From NCBI GenBank assembly GCA_963755265.1, contig CAVWKV010000101.1, positions 260 to 64,259 on the forward strand: 64,000 nucleotides of DNA. The letters are read 5' to 3'. Below the pieces are notes generated by a model, which was given only the letters and a program-made list of their open reading frames with translations, searched no databases and was not told where the DNA came from. The position numbers and the translations under genes are program-made. Shown here one piece after another: positions 43,490 to 53,620 of the stretch (positions are counted from its first letter, which is position 1; the number at the start of each line of letters is the position of its first letter). The stretch comes from an uncultured Methanomassiliicoccales archaeon. Its GTDB lineage: Archaea > Thermoplasmatota > Thermoplasmata > Methanomassiliicoccales > UBA472.

Positions 43490-44407
43490 TCAGATCACCG
43501 CTTTTTGCTGGGAGGCCGGCACTTTTGCATGTCTGGCCTCCTCGATTGTTCCAATGTCCCATGGCAGCTTGATCTCCAGGAATATCTGTCCGAATGGCAG
43601 GTCCTCCTGCCAAAGAGCTATCTTGCCGTACTTGGCAAGGAACAGCAGCGAAACGAAGACCATGATCCGATCCTCCTTGTCGCCGTTGAACAGGTCCTCG
43701 ATGCAGATAGGCCCGTTGCCACACTTCACGATGCGGTCCCAGGTATCTGCCACATCCTTCTCGTAGTCCTCCTTGTGGGCCTTGTCATCGAACTTCTCGT
43801 TGGTGAGCTTGAGGGCTTCCCTGGCCTTCTGCCGGAGCTCTTGGATCTCCGCATCCCGCTTGGCCTCCTCAAAAGCATCCAGCAACTCGATGAGCGATAC
43901 TGGCCGGGTGCTCTGGTGACGAACAGCCTCGGTGAGATCGACGCAGCTTGGTACAGCGGTGTTTATCTTGGCCAGGACCGGGTCGTCATAGAACTGGTCC
44001 AGAGAGTCCATGTCAAAGTCAGAGCATATAACCTCTCCCGGCATGGGCTGTTCGTGTATTGACAGCACCTCTTCGGACTGCATCTTTAGGATGCTCCAGG
44101 CCATATACATCAACTTGCCCGCGACGATGAAGTTGACCTCCTCGGCGTGCATCTTCTTAGTGTACATCCGAGTGAATTCCACCAGGTTGATGTCCCACGG
44201 ATCGAAGTTGTTGGACAACACCAGTTCGAAGACCAGCTGGACCGATCGGTCGATAGGGTCCGATGGGACCATCTCGTTGCCCGCTTCGGCCTGGGCCAAA
44301 AGCCCAAGGTACCGATCGATCTTCTCGCTCCTATCCCCTTCGTCGATTATCGCCTTTTGAAACAACAGATGGTTCAGAACCATCCCACTTGTGCCTGCTT
44401 CCATCAT
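43490..44407 (-). CDS. scpA: Segregation and condensation protein A (kleisin)
   Basis: 305 aa. FDPWDINLVEFTRMY N-terminal motif. ATGA overlap with the smc stop. Confidence 0.8.
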   Translation of the reverse strand: MMEAGTSGMVLNHLLFQKAIIDEGDRSEKIDRYLGLLAQAEAGNEMVPSDPIDRSVQLVFELVLSNNFDPWDINLVEFTRMYTKKMHAEEVNFIVAGKLMYMAWSILKMQSEEVLSIHEQPMPGEVICSDFDMDSLDQFYDDPVLAKINTAVPSCVDLTEAVRHQSTRPVSLIELLDAFEEAKRDAEIQELRQKAREALKLTNEKFDDKAHKEDYEKDVADTWDRIVKCGNGPICIEDLFNGDKEDRIMVFVSLLFLAKYGKIALWQEDLPFGQIFLEIKLPWDIGTIEEARHAKVPASQQKAVI

Positions 44408-47400
44408 GACCCATCCCCCGTGACCCTATCCTTTTCCTCAGGAATCTTTAGCTCCTCGGCCACTTCCCGGATGTCCCCCAGGTTCGGCCTCATTATCACG
44501 TTGCTGATACCGCCCTCAGGTTTCGTTACCCCAATGATATGGTCGGCCTTGTTGAGAGTGACCTTACGGAGCGATATCTGGACGAACTGCGCCGTCTTGC
44601 TGCTTTTCTTGACCCGCTGCGCCACCATGTCCGCGTTGACCGCGTCCAGGAACATGTCCACCTCGTCCAGGAGATAGAACGGCGACGGTTGCCAGGTCTG
44701 CAATGCGAAAATGAACGCCAGCGCTGTGAGGCTCTTCTCGCCGCCGGACAGTGCCTCCAACCGGAGCACCTTCCCATTGCGGGGTTTGGCCTTCATTATC
44801 AGTCCGCCCTCGAACGGCTTCTCCGGGTTCTCCAGGATAAGCTCCGCGGCGCCGCCCTGCGACAGTTCGGCGTAGACCTCCTTGAAGTTCAGGTTAACGC
44901 CTTCATAGACCTTGAGGAGGCCGACCTTCTTCTTCTCGTTCAGGTCGTCGGTCAAACGTATCAGGTCATTACGCTGGTCCTCGAGGCGCTTCACTTCGCC
45001 CTTGAGCTCGATGTGCCTGGCATTCTTCTGTTCGTAATCCTCGATGGACTTGAGATTGACGTTTCCCATGGCGGACATAGTGGTCTCGCACCGTGTGATC
45101 TCGGACTTGATCTCGTCCATCGCCGGAAGCGGACGCTTGACGGGAAGGTTGTACTGATGTATCTCCGCTTCCAGGTCCTTCAGGGAAGCTTCCGTGGCGG
45201 CCTGCTTGGCCTTTAGCTGTACAATGAAATCGCCCGATGTCTCTATCTTGGTCTGGACAGTGTCCCGCTCTCCTTCTAGACGGGTCTTCTCCTTGAATGA
45301 CTGGTCCTTCTTGGCACGTAGGGTATTCATCTCGTTGCCCATCGATTCCTCAATCTTCTTCATTGCCGCCAGGTCGACTCTGAGCTTGGATTCCTTTTTC
45401 TTGGCCTCTTCCACCGCCGCCCTGATGGTGCGGTCCTTGTCCATCATTTCCCGGTCGAAGGCATCCAGCTCCTCAAGGCGTTTTTTATAGAGAGAGACCT
45501 CCGTGGAACCAGTGTCCCTTTCCGAGGTCATCTTCGACAGTTCGGTGTTGATAGTGAGAAGTTCGGCCTGAAGGAGGCGAAGTTTGTCTGTGAGCTCTTT
45601 GGGCGCGATCTCCATCAATCTCTTCCTGGCCGCCTCACGCTTCATCCGCTCCTCGCCCGTGACCCTTTGCGTCGACTCGATGTCCGCGGTCAACTTGGCC
45701 ATGCTGGCATCTGCGGCGGATTTCTCCCGACCCATCGCCTCAAGGTCGTCCTTCGCCTTCGCCAGTTTGGCACGCGCTTCCTTGAGGTTGCTGTCCATTC
45801 CCTCGATCTTGATGGTATTGCTGCTGCCCGAGCCGTTCAGCTCGCGGATCTTGGCCTCCAGTTCCGCGATCTCTGGTCTGAGGATCTTGATCTGCGCGTC
45901 GAGACTGGCCGACTGGTCCATGGATTTGGACATCTGCTCCGCCAACAGCTCCAGTTTGCCCTTGGCCGACTGTCCGAACTTGAGCTGGTTGACCTCGATG
46001 GTTCCGCCCACCATTGCCCCTGAAGCTTCTATGAGCTCCCCCGAACCAGTCACCAGACGTACTCCGCCCATCAGCTTCCTTGCCTGGTCTAGGCTGTCCA
46101 CTACGACCGTGTCACCGAATACGTACCAGAACGCTGGTCTGTACTTGGCATCATAGCGGATGAGGTCTATGGCGAACCCGACCGCCTGCTTCTCCGCCAG
46201 CAATGCCTTGCCACGGGGGTTTCCGTCGAGCATCTTGGTGAGCGGTAGGAACGTTGCCCTTCCCAGGTTATTGCGCTTCAGGAATTGGATCGCGGTCGCG
46301 GCGACCTCATCGTTGTCGACGATGATTGATTGCATCCTTGCGCCGGCTGCCACGTTCAATGCCACCTCATACTTCGGATCGACGGTGGCGAGTTCGGCGA
46401 TCGTGCCGTGGATGCCCTTGATCTCATGCTTGTCCCTGGTCTCCAGGATGGCGCGCACCGCCCTATTGTACCCCTTGGCCGTGCTCTCAGCCGCTTCCAA
46501 CTCTGCCTTGAGCAGGCTGTACTCCCGGGTGATAGATTTAATGGCCTGTTCCAGCTCGTTCGACTCCTTTGAAAGCTTGGACTCCAGGTTACGCTTCATG
46601 AAATATGCGTCCTGCAACGCCTTCAATTCGCCTGACGAGTTCTTGTCCGCCTTGGAAAGTTCCCGGATCCTCCAATCGAGGTCCTTAACCTCGAATTCCA
46701 GATGGCTCTTGGTCTCCTGTAAAGTAAGCATCTCGGAAGCGAGCCTCTTCCCCTTTTCCTCCAAACGCTCCTTCTCCAGGATCAGTGCGTGGCCTTTCTC
46801 TTCCTTGTCCTTGACCGAATTCTCCAGCTCAGCCAACTGCTTCTGCAAGGCCCCAACCTCGGAGTCGGAGGCAGTTATCTTCTTGGATACCTCTGTAAGT
46901 GAAGCGTTCTTGAGGGCCAGGTCCGTCTTCCGCCGGTCGATCTGACCTTCTGTGTCCTTGATCTTGGTGCCGATTGCAGCTATCTGCGCGGTGACATTCT
47001 TGCGCTCCTCCACCTTCTCCAATAGTGCCTGCTTGATATCGTTGATGTTGTCGTTGGAGCGCGAAATTAGGTCAGTGGCCCGGGCGAGTTCGATCTTCGC
47101 CGCATCGGACCTCTCCTTGAGTTCTTTGAACTCCTGGCCGCCCTTGGCTGCGATCTCCGCCTCATGTTTCGCAATGGCCGCGTCCTGATCGATTATCAAC
47201 TTGGACAGGTCGACCTTCCTTTGCCGAAGCGCCTCGATCTCCCTGCCATAGGACTCGACCTGATTCTTTGCCGCGGTAATCTCAGACTCGGCTAGGTCCT
47301 TTTTCTTGTAGGCCATGCTGGACTTGGCCTGTGTGAGCTGCTGCCGGGTCTCAATGAACTTTATGGCGGCCGCCTTTTCCGTCTCAAGCTGCTTGAGTTG

Positions 47401-48014
47401 CTTATCCAACTCGGCCATGATGATGGTGATCCGATCAATATTTTCGTCCGTCGCCTTTTTCTCAACGTCCGCCCTGGATATTTCTTCATCGAACTTACTG
47501 ATGCCAGAGATGTCATCCAGTATCCTTCTCCGGTCCAGCGTGGACATGGCTACTATACGGGTGATATCCCCTTGCTGGACCAGATTGTACCCTTCCGCGC
47601 TTATCCTAGCACTGGAAAGCAGATAGTCGAACTCCGCCAAGGAGGACTTCTTTCATTTACGTAAAAGTACGAGTTATAGCCCTCGCCACTCTCCGACAGC
47701 TTGACCAGCCGAGTGAGCTTTACGATGTCTGAGTCGACCGGGATCATGCGGTCGGTATTGTCGAACACCAGCGAGACCTTCGTGAAGGTTGCCGGCTGTT
47801 TGGAGTTCCCGCCGTTGAAGATAAGGTCGGTAAGTCTCTCCGCCCGGAGCGCTTTCGAACTCCTTGGACCCAGGACGAATAGGATGGCGTCGGAGATGTT
47901 GGATTTGCCTGAGCCGTTGGGCCCAGTAACGGCGGTAAAGCCGTTCATCATCGGGATGGTCATCTTCTTGCCGAAAGACTTGAAATTCTCTACTTCGATC
48001 TGCTTTAGAAACAT
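44404..48014 (-). CDS. smc: SMC chromosome-condensation ATPase, reading frame broken near 47651 (one nucleotide apparently missing)
   Basis: The N-terminal head is in ORF 47601-48014 (FKSFGKKMTIPMMNGFTAVTGPNGSGKSN). The remainder is in ORF 44404-47640: coiled coils, hinge GIHGTIAELATVDPKYEVALNVAAGARMQSIIVD, signature LSGGEKSLTALAF, Walker B FYLLDEVDMFLD. The frames join as YFYVNE(K)KSSLAEFDYLL if one A is added to the AAA run (plus-strand TTT 47651-47653). Confidence 0.9.
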
Positions 48015-48443
48015 CCAAAACCTCCATGAATGAGGTTTTTGGAGCGACCTCCCAAATAGAGCCTTAGCTCCAGCTGCATCCCATCCCTCGAGTCCGACAC
48101 GTGTCAGACACCTAAATGTATGGGGAACTAGATATATATAGGTTGTTGATATTTTTCAAGTTAGAGCCAGCAAGGTCACTGACCGTTATCGGAACTTAAT
48201 AAAGATGGTACGACAAGATCGCGTTGTCACCGTTAGCGAAGATCGACGGAAATCGTAGAATGGATCGATTTGATTTCCAGCCATTATCCTCTGCTGATGA
48301 TCGGTGGGAACCTCTGAACTCAAAAATAATGAATCCTTTGTCGAGGAAACGACACCGTGAGAATCGATGTGGGGGATTCTTCCAGCCAGCTATCAATTTT
48401 CTGCAAAAGGTTATTAATCAAATAGACCGTTGGCCATGGTTGG

Positions 48444-48926
48444 ATGAAGCAGGACGAGAAACCCCGAAGCTATAAACTACTGGCTGACTTCTATTCGATC
48501 CATGATTGCGATATCGGAGAAGGAACTATCGTTAGGGATTTCGTCAACCTCTATGGCTGTAAGATCGGAAAGGACAGTAAGATCGCTGCCTATGCCGAAG
48601 TTCAAAGGGGCGTTATCATCGGCGACCGTTGCAAGGTCGAAGCATACGCTTTCATCCCCAGTGGTGTGACCATCGAAGATGAGGTCTTCGTCGGACCGCA
48701 CGCCGTATTCACAAACGACCTTCACCCCCGGGCGGTAGGCGACTGGGAAGTCACACCGACCGTGGTTAAGAAGGGAGCGTCTATCGGGGCAGGAGCGGTC
48801 ATAGTGTGCGGCGTTACCATTGGGGAGGGTGCAATGATCGGAGCCGGTGCCGTCGTAACGAAGGATATTCCCCCCCATTCACTCGCTGTCGGAAACCCCG
48901 CCAGAGTGATCAAGAAGATAAAATGA
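48444..48926 (+). CDS. Left-handed beta-helix sugar N-acetyltransferase (WbpD/WlbB-like)
   Basis: 160 aa. Hexapeptide repeats and GPHAVFTNDLHPRA, characteristic of UDP-2-acetamido-3-amino-2,3-dideoxy-glucuronate N-acetyltransferases. Confidence 0.7.
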   Translation: MKQDEKPRSYKLLADFYSIHDCDIGEGTIVRDFVNLYGCKIGKDSKIAAYAEVQRGVIIGDRCKVEAYAFIPSGVTIEDEVFVGPHAVFTNDLHPRAVGDWEVTPTVVKKGASIGAGAVIVCGVTIGEGAMIGAGAVVTKDIPPHSLAVGNPARVIKKIK

Positions 48927-50041
48927 CGGTGATGAAAATGAATAAAGTACCATTTGCCAAGCCCGTCGTGGACAAGGAAATGCTAGACGCGGTCTCGAAT
49001 GCCCTCCAGAACGAGAGATTGGTGGGCGGGGAGAGCGTTCATAAATTTGAAGAAGCGTTCGCGAGATACTGTGGGGTCAAACACGCGGTATCGGTCTCGT
49101 CAGGAACCAACGCGTTGCAGTTAGCATTTATAGCCTTAGGGGTTAAGGAAAAGGAAGTCCAGACCACTCCCTTCTCTTTCATTGCTACCGCCAATGCGGT
49201 CATCGAGGCGGGCGGCAGGCCCACATTCTCAGATGCGTCGGACCGGGACTACAACATGGACCCAACGATTATCCGGAAGAAACTGACCAAGAAGACCATC
49301 GCCCTGCTTCCGGTACATCTGTTCGGGCGGCCATGCCACATGCAGGAGATAATGGAGATTGCCTCTGATAAAGGTCTAAGAGTGGTCGAGGACGCTTGCC
49401 AGGCCCACGGATCCCTGTACAAAGGAAAGAAGGCCGGATCGATCGGGGACATTGGCTGCTTCTCTTTCTACCCGACCAAGAACATGACCGTCGGGGGGGA
49501 CGGGGGCATGGTCACGACCAACGATGCGGACATCGCCAAGACAATTGCCAAGTACCGCGACTGCGGCCGCATCTCCAGATATGTGCATGATGTGGTCGGT
49601 TACACGTCGCGCCTCAACACCGCGAACGCCGCCTTCGGCCTGGTGCAATTGAAGCACTTGGACAAATGGAACGAGCAGCGGAGGGCAGTGGCTAAGTTGT
49701 ACAACAAGAATCTGGAAGATATCAAAAACATCACATTGCCGCCAATGGGCGACAAGGATATAACCCCGGTCTTCCACCTTTATGCGGTCAGATGCTCGAA
49801 GCGGGATGAGCTGGCAGAGTATCTGAACAAGAACGGCATCGAAGCAGGCGTACATTATCCGGTGCCGATCCACCTGCAACCGATCTACAAGCAGCTCTAC
49901 GGGTTCAAAGGAGGAGAGTTTCCCGTATCGGAGGCGCTGGCTAACGAAATGATCTCGCTCCCGATATTCCCAGACATGAGCGAGGATGAAGTGAGATGGG
50001 TATCGGAAGAGGTCAGGACTTTCTATTCGAGGTCGAGTTAA
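48923..50041 (+). CDS. DegT/DnrJ/EryC1/StrS-family sugar aminotransferase (WbpE/WlbC-like)
   Basis: 372 aa from ATG 48923 (ATGA overlap). VSSGTNALQLAF, PLP-Lys context CFSFYPTKNMTVGGDGG. Confidence 0.85.
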   Translation: MTVMKMNKVPFAKPVVDKEMLDAVSNALQNERLVGGESVHKFEEAFARYCGVKHAVSVSSGTNALQLAFIALGVKEKEVQTTPFSFIATANAVIEAGGRPTFSDASDRDYNMDPTIIRKKLTKKTIALLPVHLFGRPCHMQEIMEIASDKGLRVVEDACQAHGSLYKGKKAGSIGDIGCFSFYPTKNMTVGGDGGMVTTNDADIAKTIAKYRDCGRISRYVHDVVGYTSRLNTANAAFGLVQLKHLDKWNEQRRAVAKLYNKNLEDIKNITLPPMGDKDITPVFHLYAVRCSKRDELAEYLNKNGIEAGVHYPVPIHLQPIYKQLYGFKGGEFPVSEALANEMISLPIFPDMSEDEVRWVSEEVRTFYSRSS

Positions 50042-50983
50042 ATGACACAGTTCCAGGTCGGAGTGCTCGGGGTCGGGTACTGGGGCAGGAAGATCGTGGA
50101 AGAATATAGCGCGATCCAGAATGTTAAGGTCCAAGCCGTTTCCGACCTGATGGATAAAAACCTGCAGCACTGCAAGGACCGCTATGGCGTCCCAGTACTG
50201 GTCAATGATTACCACGACGTTATCAATGTCGGGAGCATCCATGCAGTGCACATCTGCCTGCCTAACTCACTTCATTTTCCGGCGTGCAAGGAAGCCCTCG
50301 AGGCGGGCAAGCATGTGCTGGTCGAGAAACCGATCACGTTGTCCAGCAAGGAGGGCAACATCCTGGTGGACCTGGCGGCAAAGAAGGGCCTGACCCTTTC
50401 GGTCGGTCACATTTATCGTTTCAACAACGCCCTTGCCGAGGTAAAACGCCTGATCAGCGAGAACTTCTTCGGACGTGTCTTCCTTCTGAACTTGACCTGG
50501 ACGAACCTGGAGCCGGTATTCACCGATCGCGACGTCATCGTCGATCTCGCGCCGCACTATTTCGATATCGTGAATTACATGCTGGATGCATGGCCGGCAA
50601 AGATCACATGTGTCGCCAAGCCGTACCGGCAGAAGGACAATCCCGAGGCCACGTACATAAGTTGCGAGATGCCGAATGGGGCGATAGCCCACGCCCACCT
50701 CAATTGGTTGTCACCAAAGAAGGTGCGCTCCATCGAGCTGGTGGGGGAGAACCGATCAGCGGTAATAGATGCCGTTGGTCAGGAGGTCACCATATACGAA
50801 TCCGGTTACACCTACAAGCTTGGCGTCGAAAGGAACAACACCATTAGGACCGAATTGCTACACTTCATCAAGTCCATTTCTGACCCGATGACCGAGACCA
50901 GAAACTCTGGCGCCATCGGTGTCAAGACGGTAGAGATGATCGAGCGGGCCAAGGAATCGCTCGCCCAGAGCAGGACGGTCTGA
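50042..50983 (+). CDS. Gfo/Idh/MocA-family NAD-dependent sugar oxidoreductase (WbpB/WlbA-like)
   Basis: 313 aa. Rossmann VGVLGVGYWGRK, and VLVEKP. Starts directly after the aminotransferase stop. Confidence 0.8.
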   Translation: MTQFQVGVLGVGYWGRKIVEEYSAIQNVKVQAVSDLMDKNLQHCKDRYGVPVLVNDYHDVINVGSIHAVHICLPNSLHFPACKEALEAGKHVLVEKPITLSSKEGNILVDLAAKKGLTLSVGHIYRFNNALAEVKRLISENFFGRVFLLNLTWTNLEPVFTDRDVIVDLAPHYFDIVNYMLDAWPAKITCVAKPYRQKDNPEATYISCEMPNGAIAHAHLNWLSPKKVRSIELVGENRSAVIDAVGQEVTIYESGYTYKLGVERNNTIRTELLHFIKSISDPMTETRNSGAIGVKTVEMIERAKESLAQSRTV

Positions 50984-51002
50984 AAAGGCAGGTAACCTGA
51001 GC

Positions 51003-52115
51003 ATGAAAGTCCTGATGCTGCTGTCTAATGAATACCGACCAGACCCCCGCGTCAGGAAGGAGGCGATGACGCTCCATGAAACGGGGCACGGTGTCACCGT
51101 TCTTTGCTGGAACCGTTCGTTTAGATCCTTGGACCATCAGGATGATGGCGGGGTCATGATAGAAAGGGTGCGCACCGGCAGGGTGAATGGAATGCTGGAT
51201 CTGGGCGCTAATATGCCATTATTCTTCGCTAGAGCATATCTCCGTTCCCGCCGCCTGGAGTTCGACTCGGTGCACTGCCACGATTATGACACGCTGATGC
51301 TTGGGGCGTTCATCTCAAAGCTCCGCAACGTACCGTTAGTGTACGACTCGCATGAATGGTACTCTAAGATGGTAGAGGATGACCTGCCGGGTTTCATCTG
51401 CCGCCTCATAGAGCGCTCCGAATCACTTCTGCTTGCGAACTGCCATGCCGTAATCGCAGCCAACGATGCCATAGCGGACCACTTGAAGGAATCCGGAGCG
51501 CATGACGTTACGGTCGTCATGAATTGCATAGACCTGCCTCAGGATGCATCCCGCGACGCGTACGAGGATAAGCGAAGGATCTCCCTTTTCTACGGCGGCA
51601 GCCTGGAACCAGGAAGGTTTGTGAACGAGATGCTGGAAGCAGTTGAGAGCGACTCGGACTGTACCATCAAGATCGCCGGCAATGGACGGTTGACCGAAGT
51701 GGTCAAACAGGCCGCGGCTGCGTGTGACCGAGTGCAGTTTCTCGGATATATCCCTCAGGAACAGGTCCTCATGAACGTCTCCAAGTGTGACGCGGTGATC
51801 TGTATGATGGAGCCGAGCAACGGCAACAACGTGATCGGTACTCCGAACAAACTGTTCGAGGCGATGGCATATGGCGTGCCTGCGATCGTTACTGAGGGTA
51901 CGCACAGCGGTGACATGGTAAGGTGCCTCGATTGTGGTGTGGCTGTGGAATACAGTGCCAAGGGTATGTCATCTGCGATCTCTTCACTAAAGGATCCGCA
52001 AGCCCGGATGAGGATGGGCCGGAAAGGGAGGGCGGCGGCAGAGAAGGATTACAACTGGCAGGCAATGAAGGAAAGGATATGCGCGGTCTATCGGTCTCTG
52101 CCAAGACTTCGTTGA
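51003..52115 (+). CDS. Glycosyltransferase family 4 (GT-B fold)
   Basis: 370 aa. C-terminal E-x7-E region GTPNKLFEAMAYGVPAIV. Confidence 0.85.
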   Translation: MKVLMLLSNEYRPDPRVRKEAMTLHETGHGVTVLCWNRSFRSLDHQDDGGVMIERVRTGRVNGMLDLGANMPLFFARAYLRSRRLEFDSVHCHDYDTLMLGAFISKLRNVPLVYDSHEWYSKMVEDDLPGFICRLIERSESLLLANCHAVIAANDAIADHLKESGAHDVTVVMNCIDLPQDASRDAYEDKRRISLFYGGSLEPGRFVNEMLEAVESDSDCTIKIAGNGRLTEVVKQAAAACDRVQFLGYIPQEQVLMNVSKCDAVICMMEPSNGNNVIGTPNKLFEAMAYGVPAIVTEGTHSGDMVRCLDCGVAVEYSAKGMSSAISSLKDPQARMRMGRKGRAAAEKDYNWQAMKERICAVYRSLPRLR

Positions 52116-52754
52116 TCCGCGAATATTATGAACGATTATGTAGTCAACCCACAGTTCTAGGAATGTTTGGAGTACGGATAATGAATAGGCAGATCGCGTC
52201 GCCAACCGCGCATCGGTTCTAAAGGCCATCACATCGTCCGTTAATATTAGGTAGATAACGATAGCAATGCAGGGTCACGAAACAAGAGGTTGTATTGGTC
52301 GATTGGCATGCGCCCGAGGCTAGGTTCAACAACCATGACCGCCAGATTCTCTTGGCGGGAAGGTTGTGCTCCAATTCGCCTCCTGGGACAATTTGAGCGG
52401 ATAAGTAACCTCCGAATCCTAGACGAGAATGAAAGTTCATACACTGTTCGAGCCGGTCAAGGCTCCTAGGTACTTGACCACGTTCCAATTGGCAACTGGA
52501 CCTATATCCTGGAAGCAAATGACACCAACTGACAAGTCCATGACCGCAACAGTGACCATCGAAGAAAGGGATAGAGGAGCCATTCTGGGATGGAACGCTC
52601 CTGGATCAACGCATTGACCTTGTCAGTAGCCCCTGGCCTGATCTGCGCGGTCGCCGTCACCCATGGGCGAGGGGTAAAGGAATGAATATATTATATTGAG
52701 TCTGGAGCCGAAAGAGTATTATCATATCTCCACCTTTGTTCCGCTCGGTACAGG

Positions 52755-53546
52755 ATGCTCGCAAGCATTGTTCTGAACGTTATGAACGAGGAGAAGAACA
52801 TCGCCGATCTCCTCGATAGCCTCGTGGTACAAGAGGGCCCCATCGAGATCGTCGTCGTGGATGCCGCCTCAAAGGATAGCACCAGAGACATTATCAAAGC
52901 GTATGCCGAGAAATATCCCTTCGTGAAGCTCTACGTCAAGCCAGGCAGGCGCGGTGAGAGCACTAATTATGGCGTATCTCTGGCCAAGGGCGACATCATC
53001 ATGTTCACCGGAGGCACCTGCATCGCCAATCCATTCTGGGTTAAGGAGATGAGGGCGTCCGTGAAGTCCGGAGCGAGCGTCGTTGTGGGCCGCACCATCA
53101 ACATCGGTTACCAGCCCTGGGAGAGTCTGGACCGGGTCGAGCTGAATCACAAAGGGAATGACATCTCTTACCCCAGTTGCAATGAGGCTTTCAGCCGGGA
53201 AGCGATAACGAAATCCGGCGGTTTCGACAGCTGGTTCATCACCGCCGAGGACATCGACCTAAACATGAGGGCGGTGGACGCAGGTTTCAACATCATTTAC
53301 AACCCGAATGCGGTCATCTACCATCGGACCAAGGCGACTGTCTATAGGTTCTTGAAGCAGGCCTTCTGGAATGGGGCCGGAAGGAAGCAACTGACCATGA
53401 AGCACGGCAAGCTCTGGGGCTCATACGACCCGCTCAAGATGTTTAAACAGAAGATGACCATGTGGTCCCTCATCAGGCTGATCGTGGCCATGATGGGATA
53501 CGTCGGGTTTAAGTTGTTCGGGGACAAGCGCTCGATATACCAATGA
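52755..53546 (+). CDS. Glycosyltransferase family 2
   Basis: 263 aa. IVLNVMNEEKNI, VVVDAASKDST, and AEDIDL as the DxD-like acidic motif. Confidence 0.8.
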   Translation: MLASIVLNVMNEEKNIADLLDSLVVQEGPIEIVVVDAASKDSTRDIIKAYAEKYPFVKLYVKPGRRGESTNYGVSLAKGDIIMFTGGTCIANPFWVKEMRASVKSGASVVVGRTINIGYQPWESLDRVELNHKGNDISYPSCNEAFSREAITKSGGFDSWFITAEDIDLNMRAVDAGFNIIYNPNAVIYHRTKATVYRFLKQAFWNGAGRKQLTMKHGKLWGSYDPLKMFKQKMTMWSLIRLIVAMMGYVGFKLFGDKRSIYQ

Positions 53547-53620
53547 ACACTTTAGTACGGTTTGTAATGACAAAACATTATTACCGGATACTCGGGATAC
53601 GGAACTGGCTGGTGCAATAA

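Noticed and set aside
45584-46945. Long plus-strand ORFs (190 aa and 261 aa, Ser/Leu/Ala-rich) antisense to smc
   Set aside because: These are typical shadow ORFs opposite a Glu/Lys/Leu-rich coiled-coil gene. They have low-complexity composition, no motifs, and are fully contained in a strongly supported gene.
48015-48443. AT-rich 429-bp divergent spacer next to smc as a replication origin
   Set aside because: There are no repeated ORB-like elements, no cdc6/orc1 gene nearby, and only a single short inverted repeat. It looks like a divergent promoter region with TATA-like ATATATATAGG.
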